In this document: in pieces, positions 39,540-49,703 of the stretch
Numbering within the stretch: the first letter of the stretch is position 1
Layout of the letters: each line of letters opens with the position of its first letter
DNA from: an uncultured Gemmatimonadales bacterium
Lineage (GTDB): Bacteria > Gemmatimonadota > Gemmatimonadetes > Gemmatimonadales > GWC2-71-9
Direction: 5' to 3'
Assembly (NCBI GenBank): GCA_963844035.1
Contig: CAWJMT010000035.1
Coordinates: 32,001-96,000, forward strand
Length of the DNA stretch: 64,000 nt
Made by a program: the position numbers and the translations under genes
The notes under the pieces: generated by a model
Databases searched by the model: none
What the model was told of the DNA's origin: nothing
The model's input: only the letters and a program-made list of their open reading frames with translations

Positions 39540-41043
39540 CTATGGCTCGCAGAGGGAGTGCACGAGGGCGGGATAGGATCGGACCCCGGCGTCGAGACCG
39601 GCGGCCCGTCGCGCCCATTGGCACCCCTGCGCGCGATCGTCGAGCTTGGCGTAGGCATTCGCGACCAGGTACGCCGCCAGGGCGCGATCGGTGGCGGCCA
39701 CGCCGGGCGTGTCATAGGCCGCCCGCGCCGAGTCCCGCAGGGTCGCACCGTCCAGGACATCGATACGATCGAACAGGTCGTTCAGCCGCGTCGCGACCGG
39801 GACCGCCGGCTTGGGTGGCACTGGCGTCGCGGTGCCCGCCGACCGGGCGGGCGGATTCGACGGGGCTTCGCTTGTGGGTGACGTCTGCGGAGTGGTGGTC
39901 GTGGATGTGCGGCGTGGCGTCGCGCCGGGCCCACAGGGCGTACGCGCCGCCGGCGCCGATCAAGACGATGGCGCCGAGCGCCATCGGCAGGGCCGAACGT
40001 CGCTTGGCGGGCGCGGGCCGGGCGGAGGGAGTAAGGATCTGCGTCTTCCCGTCCGCGTCGGCGCGCGTGGCCGGCACCGCCGCCGCCGCCCCGCGCCCCA
40101 GTCCCGCGACGGCGGCCACGTCGCTCGCGAACTTGGCGGCTGACTGATACCGCTCGGTGGGGTCACGAGCCAGTGCCACGTCCAAGGTCGCCTGGAGGCC
40201 GGCGGGATAGGTGATGGTTGGACGCGCCGCCGCGAGTGTGAGCGGATCGTCGGTGAGCCGTTTGATCATCGTCTCCTGTATCGTGCTCGCTTCGAACGGC
40301 AGTTTGCCCGTCAGCATCTTGTACAGCACGAGCGCCAGCGAGTAGATGTCCGAGCGGCCGTCGACCTTGTCACCCGCGAGCTGCTCCGGGCTCATGAATT
40401 CCGGCGTCCCAACCACAAGTCCCGTCTTGGTCACCTTCTGGGAGTCGTCGCCGCCGATCGCCTTGGCGATCCCGAAATCCACGACCTTCACCACGTCCGT
40501 CCCGTTCCGTCCCCGGGCCAGCATGATATTGTCGGGTTTCAGGTCCCGGTGCACGATGCCAAGGTCGTGGGCGGCCTGAAGCGCGTCGGCCACCTGGGCA
40601 AAAATCTGTACCGCGCGCCCGGTGGGGAGCGACTCGTCGCGCTTGAGGAGATCGGTGAGGGGCTCGCCCTCGACGAACTCCATGGCGAGATAGATCAGGC
40701 CGTCGCTCGTCTCCCCGAAATCGTAGATCGCAGCCACGTTGGGATGGGTGATGCGGCTCGCGTTGGCGGCCTCGCGGTTGAAGCGCGCCACGGCGTCGGG
40801 GTCGTGCACCATCGACGGGTTCATCACCTTGATCGCGCTGCGCCGGCCCATCTTGACGTGCTCGGCGAGATACACCTGACCCATCCCTCCCTCGCCCAGC
40901 TTTCTCGTCACATGGTAGCGGTCGGCGATCACCTGGTCGACCAGGTCGCTCGCGGGGGAAGCCGCGCGCAGCGTCTGCCCGTCGTTCGGACAGAACTTCA
41001 CGTCGTCCGCGTACTCCGTGTTGCACACCGGGCAGACCTTCAT
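39540..41043 (-). CDS. Zinc-ribbon Hanks-type Ser/Thr kinase with TM (indel near 39850)
   Basis: CPVC..FCPNDG, GEGGMGQV, HRDLKPDN, DFG, GTPEFMSPE. Confidence 0.95.
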
Positions 41044-41940
41044 GAGGCGGCCGCCAGCTCCACACGCAGCAGCTTGTCGCCCAGGAGGATCCGGGAACGA
41101 TGTTGCAGCGTCATGTCGCCGCGGGCGGCGATCGCCACGCCGTTGCGGCTGCCGGCGTCGATCACCACAAAATCGGCGTCCTCCGACCGGATGGTGGCGT
41201 GCGCCGCGCTCATGGATGGATCGTACGGAAACAACCACTCGCCCCGCTCGCGGCCGATCTGGATGTCCCGGCCGGGGGAAAGCTGCACCACGTCCCGCGA
41301 GCTCCCGTCGGAGCGGAGCTGGGTCAAGCTGGCGATGTCGGCGCTCGGGATCAGGCTCCCCATGCGCTTCGTGGCATCGACATCGGGTGCGGTGGGTCCC
41401 GGATAGCCGAGGCGCCGGAACCGGACCACCTGCGATCCGATCAGCACCAGATCACCGTCCACCAGCCGGTAGGGCGCTTCGAGAAACACCCACGTTCCAT
41501 TCCGGCTCCCCAGGTCGCGCACGACCAGCTGGTCGCGCTCCCAGGAGAGCTTGGCGTGCAGGGGAGAGAGAAACGGATCGTCGGGAAACCGCAGGTCGCC
41601 CTCCTGGCGCCCGATGGCGACTTCGGGACCGGGACGCTCGAACCGCTCCAGGGGATTGCCGGTCTCATCGAGCAGGACGAGGCCGATGGCGCTGCCGGTG
41701 GGACGGCCGGGGCCGTGCCGAGTCCGACTCGGTGAGACGGCGCCCGCAGTGCGGACAAAAGGGGAGCCGTCCCGGGGTCCAGCGGTTGCAGAATGGACAG
41801 GTGTTGCCGTCGGGCGCAGGAGCGGCCCCGGTGGTGGCGGCGATTTTCACGGCCACGGCCGAGCCGAGGGGCTTTCCGCAATCCATGCAGAACCTGGCGC
41901 CCGCGTCGTTGCCGCGGCCGCAGTACGTGCACACCGTCAA
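41040..41940 (-). CDS. Double zinc-ribbon plus two FHA domain protein (indels)
   Basis: CTYC/CMDC/CPFC/CPHC; FHA1 IGR..SPLH..SRNGT, FHA2 IGR..SAAH..SRNG. Confidence 0.88.
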
Positions 41941-42033
41941 GGCAGAATGTGCTCCACAGGGCGCCTGAGTTACGGTCTGCCAATCTATTGGTCTAGTTGG
42001 CGGGTCGAAAGGCCCAATGCTAGCTTGCGCGCC

Positions 42034-44808
42034 GTGCGCATCGCGTCGAGGCTGTCGTGCTCGGTCGTGTGCCTCGCGCTCGCCACCAGCGCGCAGGCAC
42101 AGGTGGATCCGTCCGCCGGGTGGCGCACGCTGCACACGCCCCACTTTCGCATTCACTTCCGTCCCGAGACCCGTGCCGTCGCGCCGCGGGCCGCCCGGGA
42201 AGCGGAGCGCGCGTATGGGCTGCTCGCGCGCGAGCTGCATCCCCCGCGCGGGATCATCGACATCACCCTGTCCGATGATGCCGACGCGGCGAATGCCTTG
42301 ACCACCGTGTTTCCCTCCAATCGCATCACGCTGTACGTCGCTCCGCCGGCGAGCGACCCGGACCTCCAGAACTACGATTCATGGCTGCGGGTCGTCACCA
42401 CGCACGAGCTGACCCACGTCTTCCATCTCGACCGGGCGCGGGGGTTTTGGGGGTCGCTGCAACACGTGTTCGGTCGCGGCCCGCTGCTGTTTCCCAACGA
42501 GTACCAGCCGACCTGGGTGATCGAAGGCCTTGCGACCTACTATGAGTCGGCGCTGACCAATGCGGGACGGGTCAAGGGGACCCTGCACACCCAGGTGCTC
42601 GCTGCCGGGGCGCTGGGGGGCACGGCGCGATCGCCGTGGAATGCGCTGTTCTTCAGCCGCTGGCCCGGGGGCGTCGCGCCATACGCCTACGGCAGCCGGT
42701 TCTTTCGCTACCTCGCCGACTCGCTGGGCGACTCGATCGTCCCGCGCTTCGTCGAAGGGACCGCGGGACAGCTGATTCCGTTCCGCGTGGGCCGCCCGCT
42801 CTCGCGCGTCACGCCGAGCGTCAGGCTCGACGCGGCGTGGCCCCGCGGGACACAACCGGCGGCGGCGCCGGCCGACTCGAGCGGCGCCGAGCGAATCGAC
42901 CGCGGCCTGTTCACCGAGCCGGTCCCGCGCGTGTCGCCCGATCGGCGTCGCCTGGCGTATGTGCGGGACGACGGCAAGGGCAGGCGCTCCCTCTACATCG
43001 TCTCGACCGAAGACTGGCGCCGCGTGCGAACCCACGACGTGACCGGCGGCGTGAGCTACGACTGGCTCGGCGACACGCTGATCGTATCGCAGCTCGACTA
43101 CACGTCGCGCTGGCTGCTGCGCAGTGATCTCTATCGCTGGCTGCCCGACGGGCGCTGGACGCGCACCACCCGCGGCGCGCGGTTGCAGCAGCCGCGCGCC
43201 GGTGGTGACCGCCTTTCGACCATCGAGCTGGTGCCGGGGGGCAATCGTCCGACGCTGCTTGGGGACGACAGCGCCGACACGCGAGACGTCGGCGCGACCT
43301 GGGGGGACGTCGTCCCTTCGCCCGACGGCCGTTCGGTGGCCGCCACCCGCCACGCCGACGGGCACTGGTCGCTGGTGCGCTGGCCGGCGGAGGCTCCGGA
43401 GCAACGCGAGCTGCTGTTCGCCTCTCGCAGCGTTGTGAGCGACGTCGCATGGACTCCGAACGGGGAGCTGTTGTTCGTGAGCGACCAGTCGGGGTATCCC
43501 CAGATCTACCGCTGGTCCGCGTCGGGCGCGCCGGTGGCGCTCACGGCGGAGCCCCTCGGAGCCCGAGCGCCCGCCATGCTCGCGGATAGCACGCTGCTGT
43601 ACACGACGGTCGCCGCGTCCGGGTGGGAGCTGCGCCACGCACGCCCCGACTCAGGCGTAGCGGCTCCACCGCTGGTGGAACCGCTGCCGTTCGATTCCGC
43701 GCCGGCAACCGCGCTGCGCGAAACCGGCTACGCGCTTGGGTCATCGTTGCGGCCGCATTTCTGGCTCCCCCTGGTGCTCGATCGTGGATCGGCAGGAACG
43801 TTCTTCGGAGTCGCGACCGGCGGCACCGACGCGGTCGAACGTTACACCTACGCGGTGGCGGCATTGGCATCGGCGTCCCCGGGACGGATGGTGGCGGCGT
43901 TCGACGGCGTGTCGCACCTGTTCGGCAATCCGTCCCTCGACGTGTCGTTGACTTCCGACTGGGCGCCGGTAGCATCCCCCGATACCAGCGCGTCGCAGCG
44001 CGAGAGCGACGCGGCGTTGGGGGTGACCTTCGTCGCGCGGCGCTGGGAAACGACCGCGAGTCTGCGGGTCGCAGCCGAGTATGAGGCGACGCATTTCGCA
44101 GCCTGCGCGGGCGGGTGCGTGGACCAATCGCTGCTCGGCGCGTCCATCACGCTGGCGGTGCGCTCCTTCACGTTCGGCGCGGTGGCGATTTCACCGGAAG
44201 ACGGGGTGCGGCTGTCGGCGACGTATCGCCGCTGGGACGAGCGGGGCACCGATCGGTGGTCGAGCGAGCTCCGTCCCGAGATCGCGGTCTACGCACCCTT
44301 GCCGCTCAAGAAGGGCTTCGCGCACCAGGTATTGGCCCTGCGGGTGGCGGCGGGGGCGCTGTCCGGGTCGTTGCCGCGCGTGTTCAACGTGGGCGGCGTG
44401 TCGTCGGGGGGGGTCGCCTTGGCGCTCGGGCAGTCGCTGGGCCAGACGCGGGACTTCCCCGTGCGGGGCTACGCCGAAGGAGAACTGTGGGGCGACCGCG
44501 CGATCGTCACGTCGGTTGAGTATCGCGTACCCCTCGCGCTCATCGGCCAGCTCATCGGCCATCTCCCGATCGGCAGCGACAAGGTGTCGCTCTCGCTGTT
44601 CGCCGATGCAGGGAGTGGGTGGACCGATGGCAACGCCGCGCAGCTGGCGCGGCTGCGCTCGGTGGGCGCCGAGCTGGTGGGCGACATGACGATCAGCTAC
44701 GACGCACCGCTGCGGTTGCGCCTGGGGGTGGCCAAGCCGCTCGCTCCCCCGCCGTCCGGTCTCCCGCAGGACCCCGTGGTTTATGTTGCACTGAGCTCCA
44801 GCTTCTGA
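42034..44808 (+). CDS. Exported metallopeptidase (HExxH) + TolB-like propeller + Omp85/BamA-like barrel
   Basis: Signal peptide AQA/Q, HELTH...WVIEGLATYYES, SPDG/WTPNG repeats, VRGY motif, VEYRVPL, C-terminal Phe. Confidence 0.8.
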   Translation: MRIASRLSCSVVCLALATSAQAQVDPSAGWRTLHTPHFRIHFRPETRAVAPRAAREAERAYGLLARELHPPRGIIDITLSDDADAANALTTVFPSNRITLYVAPPASDPDLQNYDSWLRVVTTHELTHVFHLDRARGFWGSLQHVFGRGPLLFPNEYQPTWVIEGLATYYESALTNAGRVKGTLHTQVLAAGALGGTARSPWNALFFSRWPGGVAPYAYGSRFFRYLADSLGDSIVPRFVEGTAGQLIPFRVGRPLSRVTPSVRLDAAWPRGTQPAAAPADSSGAERIDRGLFTEPVPRVSPDRRRLAYVRDDGKGRRSLYIVSTEDWRRVRTHDVTGGVSYDWLGDTLIVSQLDYTSRWLLRSDLYRWLPDGRWTRTTRGARLQQPRAGGDRLSTIELVPGGNRPTLLGDDSADTRDVGATWGDVVPSPDGRSVAATRHADGHWSLVRWPAEAPEQRELLFASRSVVSDVAWTPNGELLFVSDQSGYPQIYRWSASGAPVALTAEPLGARAPAMLADSTLLYTTVAASGWELRHARPDSGVAAPPLVEPLPFDSAPATALRETGYALGSSLRPHFWLPLVLDRGSAGTFFGVATGGTDAVERYTYAVAALASASPGRMVAAFDGVSHLFGNPSLDVSLTSDWAPVASPDTSASQRESDAALGVTFVARRWETTASLRVAAEYEATHFAACAGGCVDQSLLGASITLAVRSFTFGAVAISPEDGVRLSATYRRWDERGTDRWSSELRPEIAVYAPLPLKKGFAHQVLALRVAAGALSGSLPRVFNVGGVSSGGVALALGQSLGQTRDFPVRGYAEGELWGDRAIVTSVEYRVPLALIGQLIGHLPIGSDKVSLSLFADAGSGWTDGNAAQLARLRSVGAELVGDMTISYDAPLRLRLGVAKPLAPPPSGLPQDPVVYVALSSSF

Positions 44809-44841
44809 GTAGGTATCAAGAGGCGAACAAACGAGAACAGC

Positions 44842-47097
44842 GTGAAACGATCGGTCCTCCTATTCGGTGGCTTGCTGGCCTTCGCGCCCGGCAGCGCGCT
44901 GGTCGCGCAAGATCCCGCCGACCGGGTTGGCCTGGAGCGGTTACGGGATTCGCTCGCCCGCAGTGCGGACAGCACGGCGATCAAGCAGCTGGAAGCGGCC
45001 ACGATTGACGTGGCGAAGCAGCACCGCGACGACCCCCTCATTCACCTGCGTCTGGGATTCATCGCCTACCGGCTCGGCGAGGTGGCTGGAAAATCCCATT
45101 TCGAGGACGCGGCGGGGGAGTTCGAGTGGGCCGCGGAGCTGCGGCCCGGGTGGCCCTACCCCTGGTATGGCGCCGGCCTTTCCGAGCTTGCGGTCGGCGA
45201 GCACTCCGTCATCGGTGTCGAGAATGTCCGGCAGGCGCTGCGCAAGGACCACTTGTCGAAAGCCGCGCGGGCGTTCGCGAAAGCGGCTGAAGCAGACCCG
45301 GCATTTGCCGAGGCGACGGTGGACCTCGCCCGCGCGGCCCTCGTCCAGCGTATTGGGGCGCGGCTCGATCTCGCCTTGAGCGCCGTCCGCGCGGCAGCGC
45401 ACTCCGCGGCGGGCCGGGACCCGCGCATCCAGCTGGCGCGGGGCCGCGTCGAGCGAGCGGTGGGCAACAGCGATTCGGCCCTTGCGGCCTTTCAAGTCTA
45501 TCTGGCGGTCGGCGGCGACTCGGGCGTCGGTCTCATCGAGCAGGCGCGAACCCTGTACTCCGCGCACCAGCCGGCAGCCGCCCTGCACGCCTACTTCGCG
45601 GGGGCGCGCACCAGCACCGCGGCTGCCGCCGCCCTGTATCGGTTCGACATCGGCTGGATCGCTTCGCCAGCCGGCCTCGCGGCCTTCGATGCGCTCGACA
45701 ACGGGCCCGCCCGTGCCAAGTGGCTGGCGGATTTCTGGCAGCGGCGCGACGTCGCCGAGGCACGCGAGCCGGGCGACCGGCTGACGGAGCACTACCGCCG
45801 CTGGTTCTATGCCGAGCGCAATTTCCTGCTGGTCAGCCGCCATCGCGAGTACGACATCACCGAGCGCTATCGCAATCCCCAGGGCGAGATCGACGATCGT
45901 GGGGTCATCTATGTCCGGCACGGCGTCCCGGACGCCCGAGCGATCTGGGTCAGCTCGGACTCGGTGGAGCCGAACGAGACCTGGCTCTATCACCAGACGG
46001 AGGGCGATCTGATCTTTCACTTTGTCGCGCGCAAAGGAGTGCAGGACTACAAGCTGGTGGAGAGCCTGGCCGATGCGCTGGTAACGGGACAGCGAGCAGC
46101 AATGGCCCTCGAGGCACGGCGCCAGTTGAGCCCCGTGGCCATCGGTCTCTTCGCGTCGCGCGCCGGTCTGAGCCCCCTGTATGTGCGCCTGAGCGACCCG
46201 GTCGGCTCCGCCAGCATGCGCGGGGTGCTCGCGTCGGAACGCAAGCTCGGACAGCGCAGCATCGAGATCGGCACCGCGAGCGACAGCTACCGCCATGCGT
46301 TCGCGTCGCCGCTCGACGTGATCGTGTCCCGTTTCGTGGCAGGGGATCCGCGCAACGGCGGCGGGGCGCTGCACATCGTGTTCGCGATTCCGGCGCAGCG
46401 GCTCGAGCCGGTGCCCGACAGCAATCGCGTCGTGTATCCCCTCGCATTCCGTCTCTACGTGACTGACCGCACCGGAGAGATCGCAGCCCGGCTGGACACG
46501 ATGCGCGTCTTTGCCGCGTCCAAGCCGCTCCCCGACGGGAGCTACCTCACCGGGAGGTTTGCCGTCCCGATCCCCCCGGGCCTGTATGCCTACCGGCTGC
46601 TGACGGAGCAGCGCAGCGGTGGGGCAGGCACGATCGCGATGGGCGACTCGGTGTTCGTGGACACGCTCACCGGCAACCGCTTTGCCATCAGCGATCTCGT
46701 GGTCGGTCGCGCCGGCTCCGGTCTCGTGTGGAGCGCCGGGTCCGACACGGTGCTCCTCAACCCGCTCGATCGGTTCCCCGAGGGCGGCACGGCCGCGCTG
46801 TACTACGAGGTCTACGGGGTGCCGCCGGGCGCCCTGTACCACACCGAGATCCGGTTGGAGCGCCGCGGTGGGCGGTCGGCGTTCGGCGCGGTGTCGCGGC
46901 TGTTCGGCGGAGGAAAACGCCAGCCGGTGTTGCTCGAGTTCGATGCCCCGAGCAGCGGGCGCGTGAACCGGGTGCACCGCCAGGTGGATTTGCGCGACGC
47001 GCCGCGCGGGTCGTACTCCATCATCCTGCGCATCAGCGATCCGGCGACCGGCAGGGCGCTGACCCGGAGCGTGGGGTTCACCGTCGTTTCGCGCTAA
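44842..47097 (+). CDS. TPR + GWxTD-domain exported protein
   Basis: Signal peptide, TPR-like helices, FWQRRD..EHYRR, DDRGVIYVRHGVPD, NETWLY, C-terminal Ig-like domains. Confidence 0.8.
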   Translation: MKRSVLLFGGLLAFAPGSALVAQDPADRVGLERLRDSLARSADSTAIKQLEAATIDVAKQHRDDPLIHLRLGFIAYRLGEVAGKSHFEDAAGEFEWAAELRPGWPYPWYGAGLSELAVGEHSVIGVENVRQALRKDHLSKAARAFAKAAEADPAFAEATVDLARAALVQRIGARLDLALSAVRAAAHSAAGRDPRIQLARGRVERAVGNSDSALAAFQVYLAVGGDSGVGLIEQARTLYSAHQPAAALHAYFAGARTSTAAAAALYRFDIGWIASPAGLAAFDALDNGPARAKWLADFWQRRDVAEAREPGDRLTEHYRRWFYAERNFLLVSRHREYDITERYRNPQGEIDDRGVIYVRHGVPDARAIWVSSDSVEPNETWLYHQTEGDLIFHFVARKGVQDYKLVESLADALVTGQRAAMALEARRQLSPVAIGLFASRAGLSPLYVRLSDPVGSASMRGVLASERKLGQRSIEIGTASDSYRHAFASPLDVIVSRFVAGDPRNGGGALHIVFAIPAQRLEPVPDSNRVVYPLAFRLYVTDRTGEIAARLDTMRVFAASKPLPDGSYLTGRFAVPIPPGLYAYRLLTEQRSGGAGTIAMGDSVFVDTLTGNRFAISDLVVGRAGSGLVWSAGSDTVLLNPLDRFPEGGTAALYYEVYGVPPGALYHTEIRLERRGGRSAFGAVSRLFGGGKRQPVLLEFDAPSSGRVNRVHRQVDLRDAPRGSYSIILRISDPATGRALTRSVGFTVVSR

Positions 47098-47102
47098 TCC
47101 GT

Positions 47103-47131
47103 TTGCACTTCATCGCGGCCGCCGGTAGCTT
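47103..47131 (+). promoter_or_regulatory. sigma70-type promoter upstream of kinase
   Basis: TTGCAC-17bp-TAGCTT. Confidence 0.5.
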
Positions 47132-47154
47132 TCGCTGATTCCTCCGGAGTAGGG

Positions 47155-49030
47155 ATGTATTGTTCCCGCTGTGGTACCCAAAACGAAGACACCAGCAGGT
47201 TCTGCCGGTCGTGCGGTCTCGACCTGGCGGCGACGCCGCTTAAGGGTGAGCCGGAAGTCAGCGAAATCGACATGGTGCGCCGGGAGCTCAAAGGGGAGTA
47301 CGACATCCTCGAGGAGCTGGGCCGCGGCGGCATGGCGATTGTGTTCAAGGCCCGCGAGCGCCAGCTCGAGCGCGACGTGGCGATCAAGGTGCTCCCGTTC
47401 TCCCTCGCCTTCGACAAGGAATTCGTAGAGCGCTTCGAGCGGGAGGCGCGGACGTCGGCGAAGCTCGAGCACCCGAACATCATTCCGATCTATCGCGTCG
47501 GCAAATCGGGACGCGTCACCTACTTCGTCATGAAGTACCTGCGCGGCCAGCCCCTGTCGGCCCTGCTCGCCGCGCGCGGGTCGCTCCCCCCCGGCGAGAT
47601 CCGCCAGATTCTGGCGCAGGTCGGCCGCGCCCTCGCCTACGCCCACAAGAGCGGCATCGTCCACCGGGACATCAAGCCGGACAACATCATGTTCGACGAG
47701 CACGGCTTGGCGCTGGTGACCGATTTCGGCATCGCCAAAGCCGCCACCGGCGGCAAGCTCACGGGCACGGGAATGTCCATCGGGACGCCCCACTACATGA
47801 GTCCGGAGCAGGCGCGCGCTCAGGGCCTGGACGGACGCAGCGACCTGTATTCGTTGGGCGTGGTCGCCTATCAGTGCCTCATAGGATCGGTCCCCTACGA
47901 CGGCGAGGACTCGTTCTCCATCGGCTACAAGCACATCATGGAGGACATGCCGACCCCACCGCTCCATACGCCGGAGCAACGGGACCTGTTTGAAATCATC
48001 AAGAAGATGATGGCGAAGGCCCCCGACGACCGGTTCCAGAGCGCCGAGGAGCTGGGGAAAGTCCTGGAGGGGGCGGGCGCCTTCACGAGTGTGACCCTCG
48101 CCAGCACGCCCACCCGTCCCATGCCGTCCCACAACATGGCGAGTGCACTTACGACACCGCTGCCGCGCGCGACGGGGGTGCGCCCGGCGCCGGCAACGGC
48201 AACGGCGCCGGCGCCGGCGTCGGTGCCCGCGGCCAAGGCCAAGCACTCGGTCGCGGGAACGATGTTTCTGTGGCTGGTCATTGTGGGCACCGCCGTGGGT
48301 GGAGGCGGGTTCTACGCCTACAAACAGGGGTGGCTGCTCGCCTCCGCGCCTCCGGTCAAGCCGGACACGGCGGGACTGCCCCCCGTCACTCCTATTCAGG
48401 CGTCCGAGTCGACCGCGCACGCGGATAGCGCGGCCGCGCCTCACCCCGGCGGCCGACACCGCCGCTCCCCGCCTACCGCCTCCGGGGACACCAGGAAAGC
48501 TCACGCTGCAGGGGATGCCGCAGGGGGCCCGGGCCACGCTCAATGGGCAGGTCGTGAAGGGAAATTCGTTCGAGGTGCCGCCCGGGGTGCACAAGCTGGC
48601 CGTGCGGGCGCCCGGGTACGACACGTTTGAGCGGCAGGTCGTGATCACGCCGGGCCAGCCCAGCACCGTCAAGGTCGACATGCAGCTCGCCGGCGGGGGG
48701 ACGGGTGGGGCGGGCCCCTGCGAGCAGTACGGGCCGGCCTACAACCAGGACAACCTGTGCTTCGATTCGCGGCCGGTCCCGCTGGCATCGACGCTGCTGC
48801 CGATCCCGGTCGACGCGCCCGTCGTCCCGCGCGAGGCGATTCTCCTGTTCCACGTCTCCCTCACCGGCGAAACCATGGCGGTACGCCTGTTCGTCCGCTC
48901 GAACGTCGAAACCTTCAACGATCAGGCGCTCGACCTCGCCAAGGGGTTGCGCTGGAATCCCGCGCAAAAGAACGGTGAGCCGGTCGATGCCTGGGTCCAG
49001 TGGCCCTTCAAGCCGGTCCCCGCGAGGTAA
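47155..49030 (+). CDS. Zinc-ribbon Ser/Thr kinase-TM-PEGA-TonB C-terminal-like protein (indel near 48430-48450)
   Basis: CSRC..CRSC, HRDIKPDN, DFG, SPEQ; TM; GVHKLAVRAPGY (PEGA); FNDQAL..RWNPAQKNGEPV (TonB_C). Confidence 0.88.
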
Positions 49031-49539
49031 GCATCAACATCCATCCCACGGCGTTCATCGCGCCCGGAGCGGTCGTCCTGGGGGACGTCACCCTCGGGCC
49101 GCGCTCCAGCGTGTGGTACACTGCCGTGCTGCGAGGCGACACGGCGCCGATCGTGGTGGGGGAAGCGTCCAACGTCCAGGACGGGACCATCATTCACGTG
49201 GACGCCGGCGTTCCGGCCACCGTGGGCGCGCGGGTGGGCATTGGGCACCGCGTGGTCCTGCACGGGTGCACGATCGAGGATGAGTGCCTCATCGGCATGG
49301 GGAGCGTGCTGCTGAACGGGGTCCACATCGGCGCGGGCAGCGTCGTGGCGGCCGGTGCGGTCGTGCCGGAAGGGCTGCGGGTGCCACCGGGCTCGGTGCT
49401 GGTGGGCGTCCCGGCTCGGATCACCCGCGCGGTCGACGACGGGCTGCGCGACCGTATCCGGGCCACGTGGGAGCACTATGTGACGGAGGCCACACGGCAC
49501 CGCTCCGGCGCGTTTCCAATCGCGCGAGCAAGTTTGTGA
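49027..49539 (+). CDS. Gamma carbonic anhydrase family (start uncertain)
   Basis: IHPTAFIAP, LRGD, NVQDGTIIH, IGHRVVLHGC, hexapeptide repeats. Confidence 0.92.
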   Translation, partial: VSINIHPTAFIAPGAVVLGDVTLGPRSSVWYTAVLRGDTAPIVVGEASNVQDGTIIHVDAGVPATVGARVGIGHRVVLHGCTIEDECLIGMGSVLLNGVHIGAGSVVAAGAVVPEGLRVPPGSVLVGVPARITRAVDDGLRDRIRATWEHYVTEATRHRSGAFPIARASL

Positions 49540-49584
49540 TGTTAACTTTCGAAGGGCCCGCTAGGTCGTCGCTTTTCGCGTGGC

Positions 49585-49613
49585 TTGCCGGGGGCGCAGC
49601 ACGTTCCTACCTT
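49585..49613 (+). promoter_or_regulatory. sigma70-type promoter of nrdJ
   Basis: TTGCCG-17bp-TACCTT. Confidence 0.5.
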
Positions 49614-49703
49614 GGCCAATCCGCGCCGTAGCAGAGTGGCTCTCGACGTGGCTGACCTTTCCGTTCATCGTGACAGCAATCTCGCCGTGAGGGACAAACT
49701 AGG

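Noticed and set aside
37070..41940. Type VI secretion regulatory module (PpkA/PppA/Fha)
   Set aside because: No tss, hcp or vgrG genes in the window
49540..49703. Cobalamin riboswitch or NrdR boxes upstream of nrdJ
   Set aside because: Leader is short; no B12-box or NrdR consensus seen
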